Positions 46,816-61,103 of a stretch of 64,000 bases of DNA are shown here, piece after piece. Position numbers and translations under genes: made by a program. Source of the DNA: Dimorphilus gyrociliatus (lineage: Eukaryota > Animalia > Annelida). The notes below the pieces were generated by a model. The model saw nothing but the letters and a program-made list of their open reading frames with translations. It had not been told where the DNA came from and ran no database searches. The stretch covers positions 2,495,700 through 2,559,699 of the forward strand of contig CAJFCJ010000019.1 in NCBI GenBank assembly GCA_904063045.1, given 5' to 3'. Each line of letters starts with the position of its first letter. Position 1 is the stretch's first letter.

Positions 46816-47384
46816 ATGGATGGTATAGATTTTTATGCGTTTTTAATCTTTCTATTGATCTCTTGCAAAACCACACTTGGATACGGTGGAGTTAAATGTT
46901 TGCGATGCACACGCTCAATTGATGGAGACAATTGTGTCTATGTAGACCGAATGGATAGATTGGAAGCAAAAACTTGCAAAGACGACGAAGATTATTGCAT
47001 TGTTTGTACAAATTATTGGAGAATAACAATTTTCTATATTTTCTAATCTTTTTATAGACAAAAGTTGAGAATTTTGGCAACAAAATTCTTACATTCGAAA
47101 GAGACTGCGCAAGTAAACAAGTATGCAAATCATCATATTGCAGATCGGTTGGCCGAAGTACATATGTGTAAGTATTATTTTAAAATAAAAACAAACAAAC
47201 AAACAACTCTTCAATTAACGATATACTGTCCACCTTTAGATATAAGCATTGTTCATGGTGCTGTCAAGGTCAACGCTGCAATATTGATGGTCAAGCAAAC
47301 GCAATACACAAAAATAATTCCAAGATAGTGATCTTATCCGTTTTAACTTCCTCTTTCTATGCATTGTTTCGGCAATTCTGTTAA
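46816..47384 (+). CDS. Ly6/uPAR (three-finger) protein, probably GPI-anchored; 3 exons
   Basis: Signal peptide, KCLRC...WCCQGQRCN motif and hydrophobic C-terminal tail. Exons join in frame. Confidence 0.85.
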
Positions 47385-47682
47385 ATAAAATTTTTCATCA
47401 ACAATATCGATTAGATTAACACTCAATTATAAAAGATAATAAACAGAAGAAACCTATTATCTATAAGTATCTTAGACAAAAAGGACATTAAGCACTATGT
47501 AGAAAAACAGACAATAATGATAATTTTCTCTCTTCCTCTTTATAAACACTTCTACGTGTTAAACAATAAACATTTGTCGGTGATTTTCTCTCCTATTTTT
47601 TTTAAATAGGATATAAAGTTTATTCCCATTTTAATTCAATTTCTTGATTAGTTTTGGCGTTTGAGAATTGATTTTGTTTCTT

Positions 47683-47717
<35 letters not shown>

Positions 47718-48519
47718 TTCCCTTTCTCTCTTTTTGATCTAAATTTGGAATTTTTTAATCTAAAAATTCCGATAATAAACATTTCCGATAGCAAATCTGA
47801 TATTTTATTTTCAATAAAGAAGAAATTACTCTTTCTATTATAATAATAACAACAAACGAGAAAATTTTACATCGATCATAAATAATCCTATACTGGCATT
47901 TTATTTAATTATTCTCAAGAGTATTAAGATTAATTCTTGATAATGTATTAAATTAGAGTTAAGAATTATGAATATTCATTATTTTCAGTCAAATTGATTT
48001 AACACAATAATTTAGGTTAGTTTTAAAAGAAATATTTAAAGCTTAAAAATATTTTTTGTCCTATTGTTTGTGTTTAAGATTTTGTGTTTTTAGTTTTATT
48101 TTCCATAAGATTAGTTTGGATTATGAGAATTTTCTATACACGTATTTAATTGTGTTTTTAGTTAAAAATTCAATTATATGTGAAAAAATTTTATTATTAA
48201 CTCAACTAGTTCGTTTAAAATCAAACAGTATTAAATAAAAGTATTAGAAAGTTTCATATAATTTATTGCATGACTATAAAAGTTAGATACCAAATATTAA
48301 TATATTAATTAACAGTTGACAAGTCTTAAAATATTCAAAAAACAAAAAGATGGAAAGTTTAGCCCTAATATCGCTCATCTTATGCTTTAACTATAATGGC
48401 GTAATATGGACACCGTATTTCAGAGCGTTTAAACAAATGTGCTCTTTAGTGATACGTATTCGTGATATTTTTCGCATTTCCAGCCACCTAATTGAACTTT
48501 TTCAAATAATAACATTATT

Positions 48520-50903
48520 ATGAGTGATAAACACATAATATCGACAACTAAAGGTGAAAATAACCAAGTTAAATGTTCAGATTGCAGCGTTTATTACAAA
48601 AGAAAATCTTCATTGAAGTCTCATATGCGAATTGCCCATAATAAACAAGCGGATGATGCGCTATCAGTGGTTCATATTTTAGAGGAAGATATTGAACAAA
48701 AAGACGAGGAGGTTATTGAGCACATTCCCCATGCCGAAAGGCCTTTTATCTGCAAAATTTGTTCGAAAACTTTCAAAGACTTAACAAACGCAAAAACTCA
48801 TCAATTATCTCATTCTGATTATAGACCATTCGTCTGTGAAGAAAAAACTTGTAAAGCTGAATTTAAAACAAAAGGAGCCCTCGTTAGGCATTGGCGTCGA
48901 CATACTGGAGCGAAACCCTACGTTTGCGACAAGTGCTCTATGACATTTCGTGAATCTGGTGCTTTGGCGCGCCATAGACGATCAAAAACACCATGTTATA
49001 AAAAAATTCGAAAAGGAATTATTAATGAAGAATGTGTTGTAGTTATTAATGAATCTGACTTGAAAGGATCAAGCGAAAAAATTGTTGATTCTCCAACAGA
49101 TGGCGTAACAATTTCCACGGAAGATTCTGACGTTACAGTAGTGACTTATGAGGTTATTATAATAGATTCAATGTCATTCCATTTATTTTCTAAAAGACCC
49201 CTGTCTCATTAATATTATAATAATATTCGTTAAACAGGTGGACAGCTTAAAAGAGGAAAATTCTAAAGTCGTTACAGGCGATTTACATAAAGATGATATA
49301 GATTCGGCCTTGAATCAAAACTGTAAAGTCTGCGGGGAAAATTTGTCTCAAATTGACGATCCATGTACTCATTTAAAAACTCATTTACTTCGAATACCTT
49401 TCCAATGTCCAAATTGCTCCTATTCGGCTAAAGAAGAGGAGGATATTCGTAATCATTTACATCTTACTCATTCCATAGATACTGGCGAATGTAAAAATAT
49501 AGTGAGTGTTGCTACTAAACTAAGATTAAACGTATAAGTCAATCAAAACCCTTTAAAATGATTCTTTAAAGTCGTTGAAAAACATTCTATTTTGTTATAA
49601 ACACTATTAGCTAATGTATTCCTCTTGTTCAAACAGGAAAATCTTCTAAAATCAAAGAGTTGTGGGATAGGAGTTGATTTACCAAATGATGAAAACTCCT
49701 CCGAATATGATTCGATTGTTTCGTAAGTAATTAATAGTAATTAATTTTTATCTTTCTATTCTGTACAAGTACAGAAATTGGTTGTTAAGTCACTCTGTTA
49801 TTTAATATAAATCTATAGATGACGTATAGTCTATTTTTAGACTTATTAATAGTGGAGAGGGAAACTATTGTTTTTTTTCTTTTGTACAGCAACGCGTCCA
49901 AAAGTCTCATTCAACTCTTGGCCTATAAAACGTCCACGTGGGCTGGTTGCAAGATAGACGAGTATTCTAAATATTTGAAGAACTTTCTCTTGGGTTTAAT
50001 GAACTGTCCTGTCTGTGACAAGCCTTTCAAACAAAATGCTTATTTAAAGGTTCATCTCAGAACGCATACAGGTTAAATTTATTTAATATTTATTTCCTTA
50101 TGTGCTAACATTCTGGGCCCTGTCAAGCACAACAATAACGACCTCTTGATTACATTTCAATTAATAACAATTGATTTGTATTAAACGCTATATCTGCACC
50201 AGCCTGTTCAATTTAGGTTATATTTGACTTTAACTTCGCTTTCCTTATCAACAGGTGAGAGACCAGTAGAGTGCAAGGAATGCGGTAAGAGCTTTGCTTC
50301 AAAAGACACTTTAGCGAAACACGCCTATGTTCACAGTAAACATAGACGATTTCGGTGTGGTGTCTGCGGAAAACAGTTCAAACGTTATGCTCACGTTGTA
50401 TCGCATCTTAAAACTCATACTGACGAGAAACTAATCTTTTGTAAGGTCTGCCGAAAATGTTTTCGGACGACGGTTAGTAATTAAAGTTAATCAATACGCC
50501 ATTATTGAATAAGTAATCAATTTATTAATATTGCTTACAATGACTTCTATAGAGTGCATTAAAAGTTCACCTGAGAACCCATACCGACTCATACGCCTAC
50601 AATTGCCCATATGAAAATTGCTCTCATAAAAGTCGAGAAAAGGGTGCTATGCTTCGACATATAAGAACGCATACGAAGGAGAGACCGTATTCATGTTCAA
50701 AATGTGGAAAGACGTTTGCTGAACAAACATCTCTCTCAAGACATTTAAAATCTAAAGGTGCTTGTAGTCAAATTCAAAAACTAATTATCGAATGTACGGA
50801 GATGGAAGCTGACGGACAGGAAATAATGGAAACTTGTGCTGAAGAGGAAATTAGTTACGTCTATATCCCAGTAAGTATAATTAAGGAAACGATAAAAAAT
50901 TAA
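48520..50903 (+). CDS. E4F1: E4F transcription factor 1-like C2H2 zinc-finger protein (multi-exon; ends approximate)
   Basis: FKTKGALVRHWRRHTG, FRESGALARHRRSKTPC and FAEQTSLSRHLKSKGAC match the characteristic E4F1 fingers ending in Cys. Confidence 0.82.
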
Positions 50904-51100
50904 TGATATTAATTTTATGAAAATTGCAAAAATTGTATTCAATAATTAGGAGCATGCATTTTCTTTTCAGTGGTTTCTAAAACTGCTGCTAATGGTGTTT
51001 TTTTTTTGATTTAAGCACTATAAATGACTCAATTATACATGTATACTGCGAAACACAGTACACATATATAAATATATATATTTAGGCTAGTAACAAATGT

Positions 51101-52444
51101 TTAACATCCAATTAAAGCCAATAGTATTTTCTCATAGTTCGAAGAGGTATCTTCCTGCAAAAACGATAAATAAAACTTTTAAGCTAATTCAAACAGAATA
51201 AACAAATAGAACTCTATGACAAAACTAATAGCTAAATTATTTATGCCTGAAGGAATTAATAATGACTTAAATAAACTATATACCTGAATCCATTTTGCTA
51301 ATGTTTTCTTGCTTTTATTTTCAGGAAGTCCTAGAAATTCCTTCTTAATTTCTTCCATGTCAACTTCGCATCTCGACACAATGATTCTAATCAGGGTATC
51401 ATCATCAGTTCCCAATCCTTTCATAGACTTAAGAAGAGCTTTGGCGAACTGAGCTTCCTTATTCTTAACGAAACGGGCTAGCGTTAGCATTGCCTTCTTG
51501 ACATCGCCGCCCATTTCACCATCAATGGCTTTCTCAATATCAGATCCAGTTTGCACTTGATATTCGTAGAAAACTCTTTTCAAGTGAGAGAAGCTCCTGC
51601 ATATGTTCACATTCGTTAAGAATAATTTTGTATACTGATAAGCAGTTTTTTTTCCTAACTAATAAATTGTATAGTTAACAATAAAAGCGTATATGCAAAT
51701 ATACAATGTTTGTAATCCTAGTGCGTTTACCTGCTGCATAAAATTCTATTAAAAGTTGATTCATCTGTTCCCCATCTTTTCTCACCGGCAGCGTATAGGT
51801 CTTGGGCATCTTTCTTGGCCAAATTTATATCAACCTCTCTGAAATTATCTGGTCTTCCGGCTTGTAGAAGAGCAACCAGAAAACGACGAAAATCCCCGGA
51901 AGTATCTCCAACTACATCGTCCTCTAGCGTACGTTTATACAACTCCATATACCTTTGTTTTATCGCCTCCATTTCCGATGGATTTCTCGTACAAATAATA
52001 CTTATCAAAAGATCTTCGTCGGTTCCCAAGCCCTTAATCGCTCGATTGAGTTGTTCAGCATCATAAGTGAATCTATCTCTGCATAATGCCAAGACAACAG
52101 TCTCTAAGTTGCCGCTTAGCTCACTCTTCAGTCTACTTTCCAGGTCATCACCATACATAGTCTTGAACTGCTTTCTAATATCAGCTCTCTGGTCGAAACT
52201 TCTCCTACCAAATACATCAACAATAACCTTATCGTTGCATCCCAACCCTTTCATAGCCTTGTACAATTTAGTACAGTCGGCTTCCGGGTTGAAATTTGGA
52301 TCTGGACGAAGAGAGGGAGTACCGTGCTAAAAAAAAAAAACAAAAAATATAGATTAACAACAAGATTCCTTATCTAATAGATTAATCGAAATTATAAGTA
52401 TATTTTAAAGTATATCTTACGATATAATCAAAATACTGTGCCAT
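51101..52444 (-). CDS. Annexin; 4 exons (52444-52421, 52326-51731, 51596-51284, 51154-51101), 328 aa
   Basis: Four annexin repeats (KAMKGLG, AIKGLGTDE, GEKRWGTDE, SMKGLGTDD) with in-frame joins. Subfamily not assigned. Confidence 0.93.
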
Positions 52445-54718
52445 CGTTCTTCTTCTGTGTTTTACAACTGATAATGGTCTACTGACACTCCCAAAGAATC
52501 GTCAGCAATGTATGAGTAAACGAAATTATCAGATAGGCTGAAAACTCCTCTTACATAAATATATCATTCCTCGATTAAAGTTTAGTCTTTCCGTAAGATG
52601 GCACTTGTATCGCAAATTCTTGTTTTTTATTTTCAAGAAGCTAAGAATTAAATAGAGCAATAGAATCTATAATCGATTATATTAGTTTAAGATGTTAATC
52701 CGTGGATTAGAGTCATATACCTAAGATTGTATTATTTAGGACTAAAAACGACGAATTGAGAGAAAGAAGGGGGATTTGCATAGTTAAACCAATCCCCATA
52801 AAGAGATCCATTTTCGTTATTGTCTTTTATCAAAGATTTGGCTTCGTAAAAGACCATTCTTACCTACTTCTTTATAAAAGCACTTAATAAGCTTTGTTTT
52901 TTCTCTAAACGTGATAAAACTTGCATCGAGAAAGGTGTAAATACATATAAAGCCAACTCTGTTGAAAACGTCAAAAGAATTTCTTGAAAGTAGCGATACC
53001 AGTCCTTTTGTATTATAATCGCAAAGAGATACTAGTATTATTGTTTCTATATGGAATTACTTATAAGAAATACATAGGAAAAATTCTTTATTAGTAAAAG
53101 GGGTAGTGGTCTATACTGATTACTTTCGATTTCTTCAATGATTGATTAGTATCGAAACGCCCGCTTGTTTATTGACGTTGCCGAGTCCTTAAAAAAAAAA
53201 ACAACCGTAATACCCTTCAAGCAACCTTTTACTGTTATGCTATTTTAATTATCTGTCATTTTTTTCCCCTACCCGCATATTTTTGTTCTCTCTCTTGTCA
53301 AAGGTTTTTCTATAATCTAAGCGTCTGCTGCTGTTGCCTTGAAATTGATCCGTTATTTGCGGTAGCAACGTTGTTAAGTATATCCAGATAGCTGAATTTA
53401 TTTTCAAGCAACTGAACACTAAATATTGATTACAAACCGTTTATTTAGGCCTATTCACTTCAAGACCGCAATCAATCGGTTCTGGCAATGTTCGATTAGA
53501 ATTATATTGATCTACCCCCAACTCTGTACAAATACAGCAGAATCAGCACTAGATATGCCGCTTATAATATTTTTACGAGGTGTAAAACGCTTGTGCCATT
53601 ATAAAATGCTATTATTTATTAGTTCCTCTTTCCCTTAAATATCGAATAAGATATATTCATTTGGAAATGAAGCCTTTAATCATATCAACAATAATCGAAG
53701 AGAATATTATTTTTCAAGGATTGTTAGGTGAAAACTAGAGCGAAATAGGACCTTTATGGCACAAATAACATTATATATAACACTTGTATAATTCAAAGTT
53801 ATGGAAAGATATTTCAAATTTTCCTTTCCATTCCCCCATAGCTCCGCACGCTCTATAAATTGCCAATCAAACACCGGCAAGTGTCAGTTCGCTTATCTTT
53901 ATCAGAGATTTCTTTGGCGCTTATCGATCGTAAAAACGCAGACATGTTTGGGCTTATGAATATCTGAATGTCTAGAATATTACACAACAAATATTTTATA
54001 TTGGCAGTCACTTTATGTTTATAATAACTGTAGGTGTGTATGTTAACTCATGTATGTGCGTACAATGTATATAATGTATATATATATACATTGATATACA
54101 TGAATAGTTATGTAATAGCATACAGGCACACACAAGTATGACACAATGTACAAAAGAATGAGGAGTCGTGACACTGCATAAACTGCAAAATGTATCAATT
54201 GTAAACTGCATATATTCATATTTGTAAGATGCTAATACATATATGTAAAGTATTTAATAAGTACATTGTATATAATCTATACACACTCATTTTGAACTAT
54301 CTAATAAAAAGCACTCAAAATCTTAGCGTGAATAACTTCTGTACAATTCCATCACAGCAATCGCTTGGGCCGGATTTTTATAAAAGATATGTACATGTAA
54401 ATTATGCATATATATATATATATATATGCCCCATTTGAATTTTCTATATAAAACTATAAATTGATCACAGACTTCCTATATACAATTTTTCTTCATTCAG
54501 AGGACGGATTCGATAAGGACGGTAATAGTTTGCTTGAAAATAATAATGAATAATTATGAAAAAAAAGAACAATAATAAAAAAGAGTGAATAGAATAACAA
54601 AGGATAATATAAGAATAAAACAAATGGATAAGACGTAAAAATACATGCATATTGGTTATATACGTGTATGTTTTACGAATAATTAATACTCATACGGCGT
54701 TAATAATGTAAGAAAGAG

Positions 54719-56011
54719 TTAATTAATGGCCGAAGGAGAATGTAAACTGCTGAAATCCAATAGATTTCCAACATTCAAGTTATCCAGAGCACGATCTAGT
54801 TCATCCCTATTGGATTCTTCCCATGGGTGACCAGCTTCGCTTATTGGGGACGGAGCTATAGGTGTTGATAACCCAGATTTGCCGGAAGCCTCATTTTGAG
54901 ACTCCTCCATTGAATATTTCTCCCACCACTCTGGTGGTTTTATGCCAACTCCTGATACAGTCAAATCCAAAGCCCCACCGCTGCAGAGATCAAGGGGACT
55001 GTCTTGATCGTCGGTACACAGATCTGCATCTCTTAGCAATTCCTCCAGTTCGTCTGGAGTGTCCTGATGATTTCTATTGGTGCCGTCTATAATCTGCTCA
55101 GTTTTCATTTTCATACCCCCGACATCTATGTCTTGTTCGAGGAGAGCATTCCAAGAAATATCTTCGGCTGCCAAGGTCGAATCGCTAGACGAATCGACGA
55201 TGGCATCGGGACGGAGTTCTGGCTCTTGTTTCACAACAACAACCTTTGGTTCGTTACTATTGGCTGCTTCTAATGCTGCTACAGCCCTCTCAGTTTCGGA
55301 AACTTCTTTTTTAATTCGCTTAGGTGTAGGTGTTGTTGGAGCAACAAAGTTTCCAGCATGCCTTCGCTTCTTGAACACTCCATTTACAAACATATCTGAG
55401 TATTCTGGATTTAATTTCCAAAAACCTCCCTTACCGGGTTCATCCTTTCTCCTGGCCACTTTTTGAAAACACTTATTTAAAGACAAGTTATGACGTATTG
55501 AATTTTGCCAACTGGGATCGGCCACTCGGTAATACATATAATTTTCCGTTATCCAAGAATATATACCAGATAACGTAATTTTATTCTTCTTACTGGCTTT
55601 CATCGCCATACAAATTAAAGTGGCATAGCTATATGGAGGCTTTACGTACGGATTCGTCTTATAATCGATGTTCTCTAATGAGTTGGGGGCGGAAGTTTGT
55701 CTGAGAAGCCCTACGTGATGAGGGTTGAATAACGACGCATTCATGGGTAGGACGCTATTCGGATCGACGTTCTGCGTATGAGGATCCAGCGATCCAACAG
55801 GGCTGCTGGGAGCTGATTGAACTTTTTGCGGATTAACAGCCGATGATGGTGACGTTATCGACATAATATTGAGATTTTGCAGCCAAGTTAAAGAAGTTAA
55901 ACTATCATCAAGTTGTTCGACTCCATTTGGTGGTGATGAATTCTCCCTAGCCAACCAATTCTGCCTGAGACGGAGTGCCAAATTCTCCCGTTGACTTGAC
56001 ACGATCGGCAT
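54719..56011 (-). CDS. FOXJ1: Forkhead box J1, intronless
   Basis: LDDSLTSLTWL, KPPYSYATLICMAM, YRVADPSWQNSIRHNLSLNKCF, EPGKGGFW. ATG at 56011. Confidence 0.95.
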   Translation of the reverse strand: MPIVSSQRENLALRLRQNWLARENSSPPNGVEQLDDSLTSLTWLQNLNIMSITSPSSAVNPQKVQSAPSSPVGSLDPHTQNVDPNSVLPMNASLFNPHHVGLLRQTSAPNSLENIDYKTNPYVKPPYSYATLICMAMKASKKNKITLSGIYSWITENYMYYRVADPSWQNSIRHNLSLNKCFQKVARRKDEPGKGGFWKLNPEYSDMFVNGVFKKRRHAGNFVAPTTPTPKRIKKEVSETERAVAALEAANSNEPKVVVVKQEPELRPDAIVDSSSDSTLAAEDISWNALLEQDIDVGGMKMKTEQIIDGTNRNHQDTPDELEELLRDADLCTDDQDSPLDLCSGGALDLTVSGVGIKPPEWWEKYSMEESQNEASGKSGLSTPIAPSPISEAGHPWEESNRDELDRALDNLNVGNLLDFSSLHSPSAIN

Positions 56012-57383
56012 TTTTGTCGTAGCGGATCTGCTCGAATCGTTTCGGATTAATTGGTGGCACGTGTTTGAATCAAATTCTCTCTCTCCCGAACTACCGCGCT
56101 TGGCGCACAAACTTGCTCAATCATGTCGCCAACCGCAGCTAATCGTTAAGCCTATCCTTATCTATTTAGCTCCGCGTTACAAAGGCCTATTACAGTCTAT
56201 TATAATCGCCGTTATATATACCGGTATATTTGTATATATATCTATATATTTAAAAACAAATATCATAATAATAAAGTAAAATATATGATTATGCAAAATT
56301 ATCCTCTAACCGAAATCCTACTATTATAAATGAAAATCCCTGTCTCTTCAATACTAGTAAAAGTTTAACTAAAGGTCTACTTTAAACGACATAATATACA
56401 AAAAAAGGAAAAGGAAAATGAAAAAGGTAACACCTACCCGATTGATTAAATAACCAACTAATTAAATTCGGGTAATCCTATAACATATACGTGTGCAAAC
56501 ACGCTTGATTAGTTTGTTTACTAGTTTGAAATCCGACTGTCCATCAGCCTTTTTGATAAACGCCGCTCTTCCGACTGGCCAGAAAACTCCAGTGTTCAAT
56601 CGTTTTTATAGAGTTTTTCTAGGCAACAAACGTAAACTCTACTAAACAATTAGTTTGTTAGGCCTATAAGGGATTTTGCTTAGTTACCAATAAACAGTAA
56701 TGTAACTAACGAATATATTGAGGCCTATTCACCTATTGGTTGGATGGTGATCCTCCAAGAACGTTATGCTTTCCACCATTGTCTTTGTTTTACATTTTGT
56801 ATTCGTAATTTGCATTTATATTTGACTATTTGAAACTATTCGTTTACGTCAGTCGACCGAACAATTTTTTACAAATCATTGCGCCATCTATTGGCTACGA
56901 TGATGGTCACCCAAACAAACATCACAACTGTAATTTGCAGTTCACTGTCGATACTCCCGCAAAAAGTTCGTATTTCAAAATTTTTTATATCATTAAGAAT
57001 AGAAAACAAATTGCACTACATTGTCAGTCGTTTTTAACGGACAAGTCTGTACATTGAACTGTACACACGCACACAAACAGTTTATGACAATACAAAAAGA
57101 AACAATACCCATCGCGTGTTCTCCGCAAATTGTTAAAAAATTTTTATAAAAACATAACAAAATTGGTAGATGAAATAAAAAAAAAACAGAAAGGAAAAAT
57201 TTAATGGAAACGGTAGGACGCTCGTTAGGATTATAGAACATAAATTTCTTCTGTTTTTTACTATTGGACGCTCTTCTCATATTGCTTCCTGAGTAAGTTG
57301 TTTTTCAGAAGATACGCATTACTTTAATTTCTTTCAGGTTGAGCGTCATGCGTTGTGAGATCGAATCTAACTGAGGCGTCGAC

Positions 57384-58020
<637 letters not shown>

Positions 58021-58346
58021 TTAGACAAGAAATTTACTAGAAATAGCTCTTTGTGTACGTTTCGCTCCGGCAAATGAACCGCGTGATTGACGTGGCCTAC
58101 TTTACACGAATGATTGTCTATTGGTGTAGTTCACAGGAAGTGGGTGTGGTTTATAAGGTCAAAACATTGGAGCATTGAAATACTCCGCCATCCCCCCCGA
58201 TTTCGGGAAAAATTTAATTGCGTATTTAACTTTTTTCACTAGAAAAAGACTCCAACTTTTCAGATTCCGGTTAATAGCAGATTTTAAATTTCCCTACATG
58301 TAAAAATAATAATTTAATACCTTAAATTGTTCCTTTCACTTCCTAT

Positions 58347-58410
58347 AGTTTGTAAACAAACGTGACGTCATATTTTACTGTAATACTGCGGGACTATTAT
58401 CCGCCATCTT
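58347..58410. promoter_or_regulatory. Bidirectional UBALD/MGRN1 promoter motifs: forkhead TGTAAACA, CRE TGACGTCA, YY1 CCGCCATCTT
   Basis: Exact motif matches at 58351-58358, 58363-58370 and 58401-58410, between divergent ATGs 459 bp apart. Confidence 0.5.
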
Positions 58411-58478
58411 TGGTATTTTTTATTGATTTAATTTAACAATGCAAGTTTCGATTCTGAGGTCCTATTGATATATCTATA

Positions 58479-60882
58479 ATGGGCAACTTTCTAAGCCGCC
58501 GAAATTCGGGAGTACAGGAATTGGAATATTCCTCTCAAAATGCCTATCGATATCCACCACGATCTGGTTGTTATTTTGGTAGTCACTTTATTATGGGTGG
58601 TCAACGTTTTGAAACAGCACAACCAGAGGCTTACTTATTTGGTGACAATCATGATCTAAACTGGCTTCACTCTAGACCATATCCCGTGCGTATATTAACG
58701 TATCCAACTTTCATAACTTCCAACGTTTTAATTATTTATTAGTTCCCTTACCCCGGCCCATGTACAAACGAAGCAACAAAAACTTTGAAAAGCCTGGTAA
58801 ACATCCGTAAGGACACTTTACGACTAGTGAAGTAATTTCTTTGAGACCTTGACTAAATACCTTTTTTCTTACAAATTGTCTTATCACTTAAGGACTTCAG
58901 AAAATACACAGGCAGTTCTTCCTGGCGAGGAAACGCAACCAAATAGTGGCTACAACCTAGAATTCACCTTTGATTCAGATGTTCGCGTTGCTATAACTAT
59001 TTATTACTTTGCTACCGAAGAAATCAGTAATGGACAGGCTATGTAAGATCTTTAAAAATTAGAGTGTACCCACGAATTATTGCAATTAAAAATTTTTAAC
59101 AGCTATCAACCACGTGATCCCTCCACGACTTCAGAAACATTTCATTACAAACGTGGTACAAATCAACAATTTAGCCAGTCAACACATATATTCGATCCTA
59201 GCAAATATCCAGAGGAGGACGTGAGTGATAGAGTCAAAAAGAATGTTATACTTAAAAAAGATATATAATTTTAATTAAAACAGTGGCAGTATAATCCTGA
59301 TAAAGAGGTTTTCCCAATTGTTATTCAGTGCAATGTAGAGGATGATCGTAAGTGTCGTTAAAAAATTACAATTTTTCCTGGGCCTTTTATAATTTAAGTA
59401 TTGTTCATAGAGGAGAGCGTCGGCCACAGTCACATTACCTTTGCAATAGCAGAAACAAATGGCGACGATTACGTTATAAAAGCTTTGAAACAGAAACAAG
59501 TTGTCGATGGTTTATGTTTCTTGTTACAGGAGATATTTGGTATAGAGAATAAAAATTCACCAGATTTAAAAGTATTTTAAATTCTTTAGAATGTTTTCAT
59601 TTGAAAACAATTCTCTTTCTAAAATTAGGCTGATTCTGAAGAAATAGAGGACACTGGCTCGGAATGTGTTATATGCATGTCTGATATAAGAGATACATTG
59701 ATTTTACCTTGTCGACATCTTTGTCTCTGTAATACTTGTGCAGATTCTCTACGATATCAATCAAGTACTTGTCCCATTTGTCGTGTACCATTCAGAGCTC
59801 TACTGCAAATCAGAGCAATGAGAAAGAAAACTAATCAGCTACCATCGTCTAACCCAGTAATTAGATTTTCATTTCATTTGAGTATGATTTCAACTTCTAT
59901 AGTCTTCATAGGGTGAGAATGATGTCGAAAATACTTCCCAGGAGAATATTCCTCAAGGTTATGAAGCAACATCATTGATGGAAGCCCTTAATGGACCATC
60001 GGGAAATTCAAGAAACCAACAAAATACTCAGCTCATGCCGCCAGATGGTAAGTGAAATCAATTTTTCTCGTCCTAGCTAATTAACAAATATCTAGGACAA
60101 AATCCCAACTTGGATAGACTTTTGGGTAAGTAAGTTAGAATGTTGTACGATTGAAAATGTCGTGTACTATTTTTACATATCTTTATTATCAAGAATTTGA
60201 ATTTTAAAGCACAATTTTTCTTTATTATTATCATCATTTCAAAAATAATCTATTCTTTTTGCATTTCTTTTCTAGGAATAGGTAGTGCGGAGAATGGAGA
60301 AGTGCCAGAACAACGGTATTTAATTTAGTTAAATTTCTTATTGTCTCTCTAACACTTATAATTGAAACAGTACCTCTAAAAGACGTTCATCAACTAAAAG
60401 TAATCGTTCTATAAGATCAAATCAAGGGGTAGAGGCTGAGTCATCTAGCCAACACCCAACAGATATTAAAGAAGGGGAAAAAAGACAGTCTTTCAAAGGC
60501 AAACGATCTTCGACAAGCAGGTAAACAGTCTTTGATATAAATAAGTTACTTAAGTTTATCTAACGATTTGGTAAACAGACGACGCGAAAGGCAGTCAGAA
60601 ACGAATGAAGAAAATGAAATAAATGTTGAATTTAAGGGAGTTTCTGTCGAGAGTTTGTATAATTATAACATCAATTTCATTGGTAATAATAATATGATAT
60701 ATTTGACAGATAACCCGACTCCTTCATCAGCTAGTCTACAAGCCCATGTTACAGTTATGTCTGACGGGGTTGAATTAGATAAAGTTGTTGTAAGAGATCA
60801 AGAAGAGCTACCGGGAACACCCTGTCCTTCAGAAAAAATAATTTCCTGCACAAATGATGCAAATAATCAGAAACAAACATAG
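58479..60882 (+). CDS. MGRN1: E3 ubiquitin ligase MGRN1/RNF157 (multi-exon)
   Basis: MGNFLSR (myristoylation Gly), YFGSHFIMGG..PEAYLFG, FTFDSDV, KQKQVVDG..LQEIFGIENK, and RING ECVICMSDIRDTLILPCRHLCLC..CPICR. Confidence 0.93.
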
Positions 60883-61103
60883 GAAATATCCCAAAATTAC
60901 TTGATTTAAAGATCTTCGTGTAAATGTCTCTGAAAATGAATATGTTAATTTTTTTAAATTTCTAGTCGAGTGTAACATTTAGAATTTATGAATATGAATG
61001 CACTAATGAATAAATATTAGATATATAAAATAAATATCTTGTAAGGTTTTATTGATAATATTCAAATTCCGAAATGATCATTATATTCCGGTCACAGTCT
61101 TCT

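Noticed and set aside
56012-56110. 33-aa N-terminal extension of FoxJ1
   Set aside because: Non-ATG start; the first ATG is at 56011.
57293-57337. Plus-strand GTAAGT...TTTCAG mini-intron antisense to UBALD
   Set aside because: Only 45 nt with no supporting flanking exons; likely chance in the UBALD 3' UTR.
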